From Calcarisporiella thermophila CBS 279.70 (lineage: Eukaryota > Fungi > Calcarisporiellomycota): a DNA stretch of 64,000 nucleotides. Shown in pieces: positions 49,458-61,986 of this stretch. How positions within the stretch are numbered: the stretch's first letter is position 1; each line of letters begins with the position of its first letter. The DNA lies in assembly GCF_041956535.1 (NCBI RefSeq), contig NW_027192215.1, forward strand, positions 62,001 through 126,000, written 5' to 3'. The notes beneath the pieces were generated by a model, which saw only the letters and a program-made list of their open reading frames with translations, was not told the origin of the DNA and did not search any database. Position numbers and translations under genes: made by a program.

Positions 49458-51147
49458 ATGACCAACCCACCGGTGGGCATGCCAGGCTCTTATTCTACCA
49501 ATCCTCTCTACGAAACGCGCCCCACTGCCTCCCCAGTACCCCCGGGCGCCTTCCCTCCCCCTTCCCGCTCCTCCATCTCCCAACCTACCACGTCTGCTTC
49601 ATCCTCCGTTCCGGCTCTAGGCTCGCACTCGGACGAGCCCACGCTCCCCTACCATCTCAACCCTCACCAGCGACATCCTCCTCTCTACAGCGCCAATCCG
49701 TCACCCGCACAGATGCCAGCTTATAGTGGCGGGGGAGGGGTGGGGGGAGGGAAGGTCGGTGGAGGGGAAAGAAGACACATGCTAAGATATGAGGCGCCCT
49801 GGCCCATCTATGGCCTGGACTGGTCGAATCGAGGAGGAGAAGAGAGCTGGCGAATTGCCATTGGAAGCTTGGTGGAGGAATTCAATAACAAAGTAAGATG
49901 ACGTGCGTTCCAATACCGCCATGGAATTGGCGGGGTTTGTTGAGATGCTAAACAGTTCCCGGCTTAGTTGCAAATCGTCCAGCTTGCCGAGGAGGGGGCA
50001 CGCTACCACAGCGATTTCGTGCCCATAGCGGAAGCGGACCACGGATACCCGCTAACAAAGGTATTATGGGAACCGAACAAAGTAAGGGATAGAGCAATGT
50101 CGCTTTCTTTTGCTGCCCTCGGTTGGCTCTTATCGCTCTTGTGTTCTACTTCATTTCTAGGGCGGTGCAAGGACAACGGACCTCTTGGCCACCACTTCCG
50201 ACTGCCTCCGACTGTGGGAGCTTCACACTCCGGAAGATCGCTCCTCTTCCCACAAGCTCACCCTCAGGGCTCGCCTCACGAACACCAAGGCCGATTTCTC
50301 CGCCCCCCTCACCTCCTTTGACTGGTGCGACGCCGACCCATCCCTCGTCGTCACGTGCAGCATCGACACAACATGCACGGCTTGGAATGTGGAGACTCAG
50401 CAGGCAAAGACCCAGCTGATAGCTCATGATCGCGAGGTGTACGATGTTGCGTTCATGACGCATCACGCCAATGTGTTTGCGAGTGTGGGGGCGGATGGGA
50501 GCGTGCGCTTATTTGACTTGAGGTAAGGAGCCATTTTCTTCCTTGGTCCCGTATACGGGGGGCCGCCCTTGGCGGTCCAGGGCTCTATCGTTGCGATGGC
50601 GCACTCACGGCGAATCCGCCCGCTGTGTTTTGCTAGATCGCTCGAGCATTCCACCATCATCTATGAGACGCCCAACCCCCCTGATAAGCCCACGCCGCTC
50701 CTGCGACTGGCCTTCAACCGGCAGGAGCCCCACCATGTCAGCACGTTCCATATGGACTCGAGCTCGATCCAGATTTTCGACATTCGCGTGCCGGGCGTGC
50801 CCTATGCTGAGCTGCGCGGCCACGGGGCCAGCGTCAACTGCTGCGGCTGGGCGCCGCATTTGAAGAATTTGGTGGTGTCGGGGGGAGAGGACGCGCAGGT
50901 GCTGGTGTGGGACTTGGCGGTGGGGGGCGCTCAGCCAGGGGCGGAAACCTCGGTGGGGGGCTCGAGCTCCGCGACGGGCGACACGGGCAGGGGCGGGGGC
51001 TCGGGGCGAAACACGACGCGCCTTATCACCGACCCGGTGTTCGCCTACACGGCCGAGGCGGAGGTCAACCAGCTGAACTGGAGCAAAGTCAACACGGACT
51101 GGATGGCCATTGTGCATGGAAAGACCATGCAGGCATTAAAATTCTAG
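49458..51147 (+). CDS. DCAF7/WDR68/AN11-like WD40 protein (Ypl247c-like); multi-exon, start uncertain
   Basis: [59 protein letters not shown]|[10 protein letters not shown]. Confidence 0.92.
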
Positions 51148-51723
51148 GGCTTCGCCCTTCGTTGCGTCCCGATCGTGGATGTGTAGGTTGGGCAAACCGT
51201 TTAGATTGACATCGAACGATCCCCCCTTTTTCTTTTAGGTTTTCCTCACCCATCTTCAGCCTTATATAAGATAATATAATATATATATGTTTTTGTTTTG
51301 CCGTGGGCTGACCCCTCGCTGGTACAGCCAGGTGGATGTAGGATGGACTCTTGGCCGAGCGACCGCGGCCGCCCCTAACCGACTGCATATTCTTCGTGAC
51401 TATTTTTCTCTGTGTATTTGGAAAATAAATGCGGTTGGTTTCGAATCGAGTTTAGGGAGCCGCTCCCTCCCGGATGGGCTTTGCAGTCTAGTATTTCAAT
51501 CCTGGCCGGCATGCATGGCGTTGGGGACTTTCCCCTCTTTCATTATTAGTCTGGGGCCTTTGCCATAACCGCTAGAAAGGGTAAATGGAAGGGCTGGAAA
51601 TAAAACAAAAATAAAGCAAAGCATCGAATGTATTCGCCAACGTCAACGTGTGGGGGGAAAACATTAGTTTGTATAAATAAGAGATAAATAAAGCATTAGT
51701 CGGGTCAACGAAGGAAATACACG

Positions 51724-52590
51724 TTAGAAGAGGATAACGAGCGCGCCCATGAAAGCAGTGAGGGCGAGAGGAGCGCCGGACAGCGCGGATGCAGCAGCAG
51801 CCCCAGATGCAGGGGCCGGAGGTTTAGCCGCGCCGGAGGCCGATTGAGCCGGGGCCGCGCCAGAAGCAGAGGCGGATGCCTTGGAGACGGACGCGGAAGC
51901 AGCGCTTGCGCTGGACACCTTAGCTGAGGACGAGGCAACGGCGGAAGAAGAGGCCGCGATCGACGAGCCTCCAGCGATAGAGGAGCCCGCGGCGGCGGTA
52001 CTGGCGGACGCGGTTTGGACGAGCGTGGAGCTACCCTTCACAGCGGAGGATGCCGAAGAGGCAGCCGAGGATTGGATACCGCGCTTCACCTTGGCCGTGA
52101 AGAATGGATTGCCATTTGGCTGAGGGGCATTTGCAATGCCCGCGAGTGGCTGCGGGGCTCCAGGAGTGGGCGCGGGGCCGTTGATGAAGTTGAGCGTGGT
52201 GTACTGGATCAAGGGGGCGGTCACCCCGAATGGCTGGATGGTGAAGCGAGCCGAGTAGCTCCAGTCGGTTTCGCCGGTTCCGATTCTCAGCTGGTAGGAG
52301 TTGTCCGGAGGAACCTGAGGGGGGATGGCCCACTGAAGCTGCGACATCGCCCCATCGACGTTGAGGAACAGCGGGGTGAGCAGCGTGCCGTTCTTCAGCA
52401 GCTGAATCTGGACCTTCGGCGGGAGCATTGTGGAGATGCCGGTGAGCGGATCGATTTTCCACTTCAGCGTGACGCTCTGGCCCGCAGAGTAAACGGTGGT
52501 AGCCACCGGCTCGGTGAACGCCCAGGTCATCCCACTTGCGAGGGAGGCTGCGGCGGCGATGAGAAGAGTGATGAGGGCGGATTTCAGCAT
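51724..52590 (-). CDS. Kre9/KNH-like Ig-domain, Ser/Ala-rich, probably GPI-anchored protein
   Basis: Signal peptide; FTEP...T.Y.AGQ.VTLKW...IQLL.NG...W.IP..VP....YQLRI.....YSARFTI; low-complexity stalk; hydrophobic C-terminus. Confidence 0.8.
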   Translation of the reverse strand: MLKSALITLLIAAAASLASGMTWAFTEPVATTVYSAGQSVTLKWKIDPLTGISTMLPPKVQIQLLKNGTLLTPLFLNVDGAMSQLQWAIPPQVPPDNSYQLRIGTGETDWSYSARFTIQPFGVTAPLIQYTTLNFINGPAPTPGAPQPLAGIANAPQPNGNPFFTAKVKRGIQSSAASSASSAVKGSSTLVQTASASTAAAGSSIAGGSSIAASSSAVASSSAKVSSASAASASVSKASASASGAAPAQSASGAAKPPAPASGAAAASALSGAPLALTAFMGALVILF

Positions 52591-53045
52591 GGCTGCGTTG
52601 AGCTCGAGTCGAGATGAAAGACAGGAAGGGGGGCGAGGGCGGCTGGGAGGAGAGGGAGCAGGGCTGAGGGGGGAGAGGCAGGGGAGAAAGCGCTAGGAGG
52701 ACGAAGCTGACGAGGCAAGCTAGCGGGGAACAGGCCGCCCGCTAATCAAATTAAGGTTTCGCCAAAGAGCGCGTACTACTGCGGTAATGGCTGTGCGACC
52801 AAGCTCTGGGAACAAGCTTCTCGGCTTGGAAGCTAAAATTATATTTTATCCTTCGGGTCTTAAATAGGAGCAGGGCGGGCGAGGGGGCGACAGGATAAGA
52901 GAAACGACAAGAATATAAAACACAAGAGTCACGGGGGAGGACTGGCGTCGGCGAGGCGCCAGAAGCAAGGTATACATAGAAACACTAAGCTGTATATATA
53001 TATATGTATTGATAATATATATGTTATATAGAGTGTGGCTAGAGG

Positions 53046-54454
53046 CTAGAAGAAGTTTGGCTGGTCGGTCCCGTGCGGCATCTTGTGGTCTTGGCTGGTG
53101 CTGTTGAACATAGGGTGGGCCAGGAGCTGGCTGTAGGGAAACATATCGTGGTTGCCGTCTATTCTTGCTTCGGCGTGGATGCCTAAGGGGGCGGCGGCGG
53201 CGGCGGTGGTGGTGGCGGTGGCCGGCAGGGAGGAAAACATCCCGCCCGGCTGCTCTCGCCCCGCACCCCCAACGCCGTTGAAGCCCGCTGAACTCTCGCC
53301 CAGCATCTCCTGAGGCACCGCAGCCAACACGTCCATCTCCTCCGTCTTCAAGTCCTCTGCCGCCGAGGTGACCACGATGTGAGGGCGCCCGATGTTTGCC
53401 AAGAAGGTGTCCGGCTGCAATTCGGCGGGGGCCGATTGCTCTATACAGCACAATAACAATAAGCTTCACTGTTCCTAACCACCGCAGCTCCTACTAGAAA
53501 AAAAACATCCACTCAACTCACGCGTAATCAACTGTACAAGATTGGCCAGGCATGTCGTCATCGTCTTAATCTGATCGACGATGATGTTCTGCCGCCGAGC
53601 AATTTCATTCACGTCGTGCCGCGTTTCCTGCAACTGCTGCAGTAGGTCGCCGCAAAACTTGGTGATCTGTTGCGACTCATCCCGCTGGATCTTGGCCTCC
53701 CCCGGCTACAACATAGGAAAAAAAAATTGCAATGAGTGCACGCTCGAATAGGCCAGAGGCGGTCGCGGCGACTAGCGCGAAACCGCGCCCACGTACCTTT
53801 CGGCGAATGCCCATAATAAGATCCGGCTGATCCCGTAGAAACTCTTCGTTCATGTATTCCCATATCTCTTCATCAGGGCGCTGGCCGCTCCGAGCCGACT
53901 TGTTCACCTTGCTGAATTTATACCTATATCCAAAAGGAGGATACTGGGTTAGCCAACCAGCGCCAACCCCCTCCTCTACACCCCCCCCCCCCCCCAAGGA
54001 TCACTTACATGTTGAGCTGCCGCAGAAAAGAATTGAAGTTCCCATGTTTGAAGTTCTTGCTCAAAAGTTCACTGAACTCTCGATTGTTGTAGAAGATGAA
54101 GGACTTGCCGCTGCTGCTCCACCGAATCACATGTTGATTATTGGGATCATTCAGCATTCTATCAAGCAGTTGGCCGGGCCCATTAGACTTCCAAACCCTC
54201 CATGAGCACTCCCACGCACTTTACCATACAACTTACTTGTACAGGGTTCGCACGAATTTGTTTGTGCTGTTACGTCTATTCAAGCGCGATCCGGGCGGAG
54301 AGGGATCTAGCGTGTCATGATCGAGGAGCTCCAGATTGGGAGAAAGCCCTCCGCAGGTAGAGCTGGCATCGTTGTTGTCCCACAGGTCGGTGCTGGATGC
54401 AATGGAGGAATTCGAAGAGGAGCGAGGGCGGGTGAATTGGAGTGAGGGATTCAT
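53046..54454 (-). CDS. HSF-type DNA-binding transcription factor (5 exons)
   Basis: NKFVRTLYK|MLNDP...IRWSSSGKSF...FKHGNFNSFLRQLNM|YKFSKV...WEY.NEEFLRDQPDLI.GIRRK, followed by a coiled coil. Confidence 0.9.
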
Positions 54455-54941
54455 AAGGCTACAATGCTGGGAGGAAGGAGAGAAGTGGAGGAAAGAACAA
54501 AAGATTATATGGGGTGCAGGTTGTTGTAGTAGGAGTGGAGTGCAAATAGTAAGAAGCAATGGACGCTATGACGAGATGAGGGATTCTATTTGTGCCTTTT
54601 TCTTTGATGATCCTCTTATACTGCGTTCTCTTTCATCACAGGAACACTTCTCTTTTTCTTCACTGTCCAAAAAAATCCAAAGCATACACACACCACTTGT
54701 ATTTTTTCTTACTAGAGCTCCGAGAGCGACGATGGACAAACCAAGGAACTCCGATGCCCAGCCTCATTCCGAATCGTGACGTCAGCCCAGCCTTCTAAAA
54801 CCTCTGCAACCCTGACCGCGTTAGAAAAAGTGGATTAAGGTTAGCCTAGAGGTTCCCTTCTTATTCTCGCTAGCTCGCCCATCCGAACCCTATCCCCTCT
54901 TATACCCTATACTTACCCTCATTCATCCTTAGTCACTAGAA

Positions 54942-55811
54942 ATGGCTCAATATAAACCACTGGCTTGGTTCACAATGGCCTTCCTAGTCGTGTTTGCGCT
55001 GGGCGCGAACGGCCTCTACTTTTATCTGGAAGAAGGGGAAGAAAAGTGCTTCATGGAAGATCTGGTAAGTGCAAATGGCCCCGGATGATCTATTTAGATG
55101 GCCCCATCATTAACCAATGCTGCTCCCCAATTTAGCCCAAAGACACACTGGTTGTGGGTAAATACAATCTGCTTTCCCACCCTCATCCTCCCTCTCTTAT
55201 TTAATTTGCCTTTATTTTCAAAAATTCAGGGGTTTATAAAGCTGAAGTTTGGTCGCAAACTCAACAAAAATTCATCGAAGACGCTTCCCTCGGAATTGAT
55301 ATTAAGATAGAGGAGCAAGACGATGACCATCATCTCTCTTTTATTAAAGGAGCACACGCTGGAAGATTCACATTCACGACCACGGATTCAGTGGAGCATT
55401 ACGTATGTTTATCCACCAACACATCATCCTGGTGGAATACAGAGCGAGTGGTATGCTTTTTCTTGCACAGCTGTTAGCATTCCCCGCCCTAATCCCCTCT
55501 TTTCCCTTTGATAGCGGCTTCATCTGGACCTAACTCTCGCAGATCCAATTCACAAAGATGACCAGGATTCCCATAATGATAATCTCGGTGCCCTTTATGA
55601 AGCCCTACAAGAATTGAATGCGCGTGTACTCGAAGCGCACCGTGAACAGAGCTACCTTCGTGTTCGAGAAACACACTTCCGCGATATGTCTGAGCGCGCA
55701 AATAATAGAGTGGTGTGGTGGTCTCTGTCGCAAATCGGGGTATTGATCATGACCATGACGTGGCAGCTGAGACACCTAAGATCTTTCTTCATAAAGAGAA
55801 AGCTGGTTTAG
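54942..55811 (+). CDS. p24/emp24/gp25L cargo receptor, alpha (Erp1/TMED9) type (4 exons)
   Basis: Signal peptide; GLYFYLEEGEEKCFMEDL|PKDTLVVG; GRFTFT; REQSYLRVRE..FRDMSERAN.RVVWWS; WQLRHLRSFFIKRKLV. Confidence 0.92.
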
Positions 55812-56768
55812 GTTCTCTCACGCATCCGTCTTATTTATTTACTTTCGTTTAATATGCCACCCCGATTAATAAAGTTGCCCTTATGCTGAATATCACCGGT
55901 CAATTGGAATGGACTTCCACCTAAATTGGAGGCCAATTTTTATGGCGATCCGACCCACTCTTGTGCAAGCCTTTAGATGAAGTGAAGCCACGCACCCTTA
56001 AAAGTCCCTGAGCTTGGACGCGGATTCATCCCGGCTTCTGGTTGATTTCCCCAGGAGGATCGCAAGTATGGAGGACCCTCCAAAAAAAGGTTGGCTCTGC
56101 GGTGCCGTAGTCGGAATGGATGGCTTGATGATAAAAATGAATCATATTAGAGAGGGGTAACTAACTAAACGCGGTTATAGGAACATCACCGAATTTTGGT
56201 TCTGAATTTGCTACCGAACCCTGCTCCTTCTTGTGTGCTCTAAACATTCTTGTATGCTTTTTGGAGCCTATTCAATAGATCAATAATAATATGGCAACCA
56301 TGGTCAGAAAGACCTTTTGAACCCCCTAAGAGTATTATGCTATATTTTGTCAAAGGAAATAGTGCACTGAATATTAAAATGAATGAGTCTAATGCAAGGC
56401 TTTATTTTTATTCAGAATTCACTTCCCAAAGCTCTTCGCACTATGATTGCTAAAGAGCTCTCCGAAGTTTACCTGCCCTCGACAATTTTCATTCGCGACA
56501 ACAAAATTCGAGGGCAAGAGTAGAAATTTGCGCGAAAAAACGCAATAGTAAAAAAAAAGACGGCGGTGTGCACAACAGAAATCTTGAAGATCCAAGTGAT
56601 TATTGTCTTAAGAGAGCCTTGGCGTGTGCACTGTTACGATTGCCCCCCCGTTTATCTCACTATTTTTTGGTTTTATTCTGTAAAGTGTATACATTGGTAT
56701 ACATCTTTTCTGCCCTACAGGTTTCACTTTCATTACATTTCATAAAATTTTGAAAATACACACTTGCA

Positions 56769-59225
56769 ATGGAATCCGGCAACCAGGACGACGGTCAGCA
56801 TTGGAACAATGGCCGTAAACGCGATCTGGGTGATGATCCTTCTCTTTCGCCCAAGCGGCAGCGCACTGATGAGGAGCTTACACTCCAAACGCAATCGCCC
56901 TCACATCTACAACAATCTGGCGGTGAATCTCATTTGAGCGAGCAACAGATCGATCTTCCATCCAATCCAGAGGAATTTGGCGCTATGGAGGAGGGTGAAT
57001 CACCACATAGAAGGGGAGAGGATATGGAGGGAATTGAAGGTGAAGGAGCTGAGGAGGAGGAAGAGGAGGAAGGTAATGAGGAAGAGGAGGAAGACGAAGA
57101 GGAGGAGGGGGAGGAGGAGGAGGAAGACGAAGGGGAAGGTGATGAGGAGGGTGAAGGGGAGGGTGAGGATGTTCAAGCGGAGCAGAAGCTGGAGGGAGGG
57201 GAGGGTGGAGAAGCATTCCATCGGGAGGATGCTGCTGCCGCTGGTGAGGCGCAGAGAGAGCCGAAAGAGGTTGGAGGGGAAGAAAAGCAGGACGAGCCGG
57301 CCTCTGATCTCCAACAACTTGAAGAGCGGGCCAAGAGATACCTCTCTGAACAAGCTCACGAAACAATTATCCCTTCGTATGCTGCATGGTTCGATATGGC
57401 CCGGATCCACAATATTGAGCGAAAATCGCTGCCTGAATTTTTTAATGGGCGTAACCCATCCAAGACGCCTGCGGTCTATAAAGATTATCGCGACTTCATG
57501 ATTAACACCTACCGACTCAACCCGCAGGAGTACTTGACGGTGACTGCTTGTCGGAGGAACTTGGCTGGAGATGTATGCGCCATCATTAGAGTACATGCGT
57601 TCCTGGAGCAGTGGGGATTGATCAACTACCAGGTGGATCCTGAGACAAGGCCCAGCACCATAGGCCCGCCCTTCACTGGGCACTACCGGATAACGGCGGA
57701 TACCCCCCGGGGACTACAGCCATTCCGCCCCAACTATCCTGCAGCACCGGCCCCGCAACACGGGCATATGGGCAAGCCGCCTGGCCCTTCCGCCTTCAGC
57801 GCAAGCCCTATGCCTGGGGATTCATCAGGGGGTCCAAGTGGCCCCCCGGCCGGAGAGATGAAGTCGGGAAGCAAGGTAGAGGCCAACCTCGAAATGCGTA
57901 AGAGCATCTATCCCACAGATGGCTCTGCTCGGGTGAACGGATCGACGACCACTTCCGCCACCACTCCCACTACAGGTGAGGATAAAAAGCAGCAGCAGGG
58001 GTCGGGCGCTCACCACTACTGCTTCACTTGCGGAACCGATTGTTCACGCGTTCGTTTCCACAGCACCAAGGTGAAGAGCCTCGATCTATGCCCGAATTGC
58101 TTCAACGATGGTCGATTCCCCTCTACCATGTCAAGTGGCGACTTTGTAAAGCTGGAAGAGATGGCCTACAAGCACGCGACAACCGATGAGTGGAGCGACA
58201 AAGAGACGCTGCTTCTGCTCGAGGGGCTGGAAATGTATGACGACGATTGGAATGCGGTGGCGGAACATGTTGGGACACGGACGCGCGAGCAGTGCATTCT
58301 CCACTTTTTGCAGCTTCCCATTGAGGACCCCTACATCCCGGCCGTTGCCGTGCCAACCGCGACTGGAGGAGGCGGCAAGCCACCCTACAGCCAGGCAGAC
58401 AACCCTGTCATGAGCGTAGTAGCGTTTTTGGCCAGTGTGGTGAATCCATCGGTGGCAGCCGCTGCTGCGCAGTCGGCCATGAAGGAGATGACGACGGAGC
58501 TCCTTAAAAGTAGAAAGGAGAAGGGAGGTGCCGAGACAAAGGAGGGGGAAAAGGGTGAAGCGAATGAGAATGAGGAAGGGGACGAGAAGGACAAGGAGAA
58601 CAAGGGCGAGAAGGAGAAAGAACTAGAAAAGGGAGGCAAGGACAAGGGCGGAGACGAGGCGGCCCTGGAGGTGAAGACGGAGGATGCAATGGAGGTGGAT
58701 CAAGGCGCCGGCAAGGGTGACGCCGGAAGCGAGAAGCCGACGGAGACAACCGAAAAGGGGGCAGGAGAGAACCTCAACAAGGATGAGCGCTCCACCCTCG
58801 AGCGAGCTGCTGCCGCTGCATTGGGCGCTGCCGCAGCCAAGGCAATGACATTGTCGACCCACGAGGAGCGCGAGGTGCAACGCCTGGTGAATTCCGCAGT
58901 GGAGGCTCAGCTTCGGAAACTTGAGCTGAAAATGCAACAGTTTGAAGAGCTCGAAACCATTGTGGAGATGGAGCGAAGAGAGCTGGAGAAACAGCGACAG
59001 CAGCTTTTCCTGGAGCGATTAGCCGTCCAACAAATGATGCTGCAGCCACCGCCCCAAACGAGAGAAGAGGCGCACCAGCAACAGCAGCCGGACGAGATGA
59101 AGTTTGTAGCTCAGGAGGGTGCTGAAGGCTCCGCATCCATGTTTGGAAGCGAAAATGGCATGGCCATGAACATGATGCCTCTAAGTCGCGAAGGAAGGGA
59201 TGATGTAGTTTTGACTAATTTGTAG
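56769..59225 (+). CDS. RSC8: SWI/SNF-RSC subunit of the Swi3/Rsc8/Ssr2 (SMARCC) family: acidic N-terminus, SWIRM, ZZ, SANT, leucine zipper
   Basis: IPSYAAWF, YRDFMINTYRLNPQEYLTVTACRRNLAGDVCAI, CxxC...CxxC, WSDKETLLLLEGLE, NPVMSVVAFL, AAAAALGAAAAKA. Confidence 0.95.
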   Translation: MESGNQDDGQHWNNGRKRDLGDDPSLSPKRQRTDEELTLQTQSPSHLQQSGGESHLSEQQIDLPSNPEEFGAMEEGESPHRRGEDMEGIEGEGAEEEEEEEGNEEEEEDEEEEGEEEEEDEGEGDEEGEGEGEDVQAEQKLEGGEGGEAFHREDAAAAGEAQREPKEVGGEEKQDEPASDLQQLEERAKRYLSEQAHETIIPSYAAWFDMARIHNIERKSLPEFFNGRNPSKTPAVYKDYRDFMINTYRLNPQEYLTVTACRRNLAGDVCAIIRVHAFLEQWGLINYQVDPETRPSTIGPPFTGHYRITADTPRGLQPFRPNYPAAPAPQHGHMGKPPGPSAFSASPMPGDSSGGPSGPPAGEMKSGSKVEANLEMRKSIYPTDGSARVNGSTTTSATTPTTGEDKKQQQGSGAHHYCFTCGTDCSRVRFHSTKVKSLDLCPNCFNDGRFPSTMSSGDFVKLEEMAYKHATTDEWSDKETLLLLEGLEMYDDDWNAVAEHVGTRTREQCILHFLQLPIEDPYIPAVAVPTATGGGGKPPYSQADNPVMSVVAFLASVVNPSVAAAAAQSAMKEMTTELLKSRKEKGGAETKEGEKGEANENEEGDEKDKENKGEKEKELEKGGKDKGGDEAALEVKTEDAMEVDQGAGKGDAGSEKPTETTEKGAGENLNKDERSTLERAAAAALGAAAAKAMTLSTHEEREVQRLVNSAVEAQLRKLELKMQQFEELETIVEMERRELEKQRQQLFLERLAVQQMMLQPPPQTREEAHQQQQPDEMKFVAQEGAEGSASMFGSENGMAMNMMPLSREGRDDVVLTNL

Positions 59226-59815
59226 TTGATTTTTTTTATTTCATTTTTTTTTCTCCTCCTCTCTCTTTTTTCTTTACTTTTTACTTTTGCTTCTTCACTT
59301 TTGTATACACTAGTTGAATAAAATGTTTTGTGGTGGTGTGTGCATGATAATATATATTATAATCTATTTTTTTTTTCTAGGTTTTTTTATCGTTTTTTTT
59401 TCTCTTTCAAATTTACTACTCATATACTGAGATATGCCATTTTTTCGTTTATTTTTTCTTTTTTTTTTTTCTCTCTCTTCTTCTAAAAAGGAATAATACA
59501 AGTAGTATAGATCTAGCATGTGTTGCAAGAAAATCATTGTTTATTAACAGCGTGACTAACCCAGGTTTCGGCGGTGAAAAAGACATTAAATGGTTTGAAC
59601 GCTGGGGAGGGCGAAAATGAATGTGCGCGTTCAAAGACAAGCGCGACCAGGAAAAAGAAAGAAATATTACAGTTGCTGTAAGTATGAATTATATATATAA
59701 ATGTATATATATATAAATATTAAAAAGTATGGGGTGTGAGGAGATAGACATTAGGATATCCGGAATTTTTTTTGGAATTAGTGACGAGAAAATGAGAGGG
59801 ATGGGGTTTGGGCCC

Positions 59816-60748
59816 TTATTCGTCGCAATCGCACTTCTTCTTAGGCTTGCGGTGTTTGCGGCTCTTGCGTCCCTTCTTGCAGCCTTTCTCTGCTCCGCCG
59901 CCAATGACGACCTTGCCACCTCCGCCAACCACTACTTTGCCGCCACCGCCGACGTTGACCTTGCCACCGCCACCAACCTTTACATCGCCGCCGACATTGA
60001 CTTTGCCACCGGCGTCGACCTTGGCTCCGCCCTTGATTTTGCCACCGATCTCGACCTTGACCTTGGCCGTGGCATCCACGCACACCTTGACGACCAGATC
60101 CGTCACCAGCTTCACGACCTTCTTAATAGCAATGATTTCGGTCTCGCTCTTGCCCTTGCAGGCGTTGTTGACGGCAATCTTAAGCGCAGCATCCACATCG
60201 GCCTTGATCTTGGCTTGGACGGCGGCGGAGATGTCGCCGCCCACCTCACCGATCACTTTACCGCAGATCTTTCCGACGGTGGCACCGATGTCGGCACCAA
60301 TGTTGAGGATGGCGTTCACATCGATGCCAGCGACGAGTCCGGCGGAGGCGGCCAAGAGCTTGCCGACGGAGACACCCACGGTTCCAAAGGTATCGATGCA
60401 CACATCGGCGGAGATCTTTCCGGAGACGCCGATGGCGGTCTTGAGCATGCTGGCGGTGTCAGGAATGCACTTGTTCGCGACTGCGGTGGGCTCCTTCACG
60501 CCGAAGGATTCGAGGATGGAGAGGGGAGACTGGAGGGCGCCCTTGATGATGCCAACGGGGATGGTGCGGCGCACTAGATTTTGGTGGGTGAACTGGGGCT
60601 CGAGGGCGGAGGTGACGGGAAGGACATCGAGGGGAGCGACGAGCGGGTCGACGAGGGAATCAGTGATGGGAATAGAGACGGGGAGACGCGAGGCGCGAAC
60701 CACGCAAAGGGTGGAGGCCAGAGCAATTGTGACAGCAAGGAGACGCAT
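59816..60748 (-). CDS. Secreted Gly/Val/Lys-rich repeat protein of unknown function
   Basis: Signal peptide; RR site; amphipathic segments; GGKVxV repeats; basic C-terminus ending KKKCDCDE. TATAAG upstream at ~60865 and AT-rich 3' flank on the minus strand. Confidence 0.75.
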   Translation of the reverse strand: MRLLAVTIALASTLCVVRASRLPVSIPITDSLVDPLVAPLDVLPVTSALEPQFTHQNLVRRTIPVGIIKGALQSPLSILESFGVKEPTAVANKCIPDTASMLKTAIGVSGKISADVCIDTFGTVGVSVGKLLAASAGLVAGIDVNAILNIGADIGATVGKICGKVIGEVGGDISAAVQAKIKADVDAALKIAVNNACKGKSETEIIAIKKVVKLVTDLVVKVCVDATAKVKVEIGGKIKGGAKVDAGGKVNVGGDVKVGGGGKVNVGGGGKVVVGGGGKVVIGGGAEKGCKKGRKSRKHRKPKKKCDCDE

Positions 60749-61986
60749 TATTATAACGAGGGGGAGGGAGGATTATAATATTAAGATATAGAGGGGGAAT
60801 AAGAGAGAGGGTACAGAGGATGATTGATGGTTGAAGGAAAGGGGGAGGGGGGAGCAAGCGCTTATATACGTTTCAAACCATCTTTAAACTCACGTCTTGG
60901 GCTATCGATGAGCGCCTTTTCGGAACGCGAAAATAGTTCATCAACCTAACATTAGATCTCGAGTCTGGGAAGCCAGTCACAGAGGCGAACTGAGCGTTGC
61001 ACGAGCCCCGATTGACAATGTTTCAATTAATTTGATATTTGCACACAATTTGGTTGAGTCAATATTCACCATAAACCTCCCTTTGGTGTCTCCCGCGTAA
61101 TTAGGGAGGAACAAGCCTATTTTGTTCGGCCTCAATACAGACGCAAGCTTCTATTTCACCATTCTGGCACAAATAGCCTCGGCAGAATGCTTCGCTCGAT
61201 CACGTCGTACCACGCCTTCTAATAATTGTTTTATTGCCGGTATCTCCCTAATGATGCTGCTGCGTGGTACGGCAGCTCATTTTGCTCAGGGTTGCACCTT
61301 ATAGCGCAGCGGGAAAAAATAGAAAGCGCGCACAGTTTCTCCATCATCTGTGAGGCGCTCAGGGCCACTGTGTCTCGCTTCCCCCCTTCCATGCGGTTCG
61401 ATTGTTTGTTATACTCGAACAGGTTCGCATGAGAATACCTCTTGACACCACAGAGACGATCGCAAGCAGTACCCTAGAAGCTCGACGTTGCCGTGTGATT
61501 TCAGCGTGGGCTGATTCCGAAAAGATTCGATCTTAAATACACGTACTCTCACAAGCAATAAAATTTCACGGGTCTCTCGCCCCATTGCACCAGCTTCCCC
61601 GCTCAACTCTCTTAGAAAAAAACCGAGAACAAGCCAGGGAAGTGTCACCCAAACCACCTATCCGGACTCGCTCCCCGCCGCTGCTCTCCAGTCAGCAAAT
61701 TCCGGCCAGATCCATCCAAAAGAGAAAACCCGTCTTTTCCCTGGGTCAATTGCACGTCTTCCCAGTACACTTTCGCCCAAGTTTTTTTTATCGCAAATTA
61801 CCATGGAAACCAACTGAGATATATATACTTCGCTGTCGCTCTCGGAGCCCCTATTCCCATTTCCACACTATCTTTGTTCTTTATTCACTTCTCTCCCTCC
61901 ATCGTTGAAGGGCTTCATATACATTCATTTTTGTGTATTTTCCATATTGCATCATTCATTTCATTCTCATTGGGCATCATAGTATC

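Noticed and set aside
59729-60791. Plus-strand extensin-like PPPPTLTL ORF and Asp/Leu-rich ORF
   Set aside because: Antisense mirrors of the Gly/Val/Lys repeat gene. The minus strand has the ATG, signal peptide, TATA and AT-rich 3' flank.
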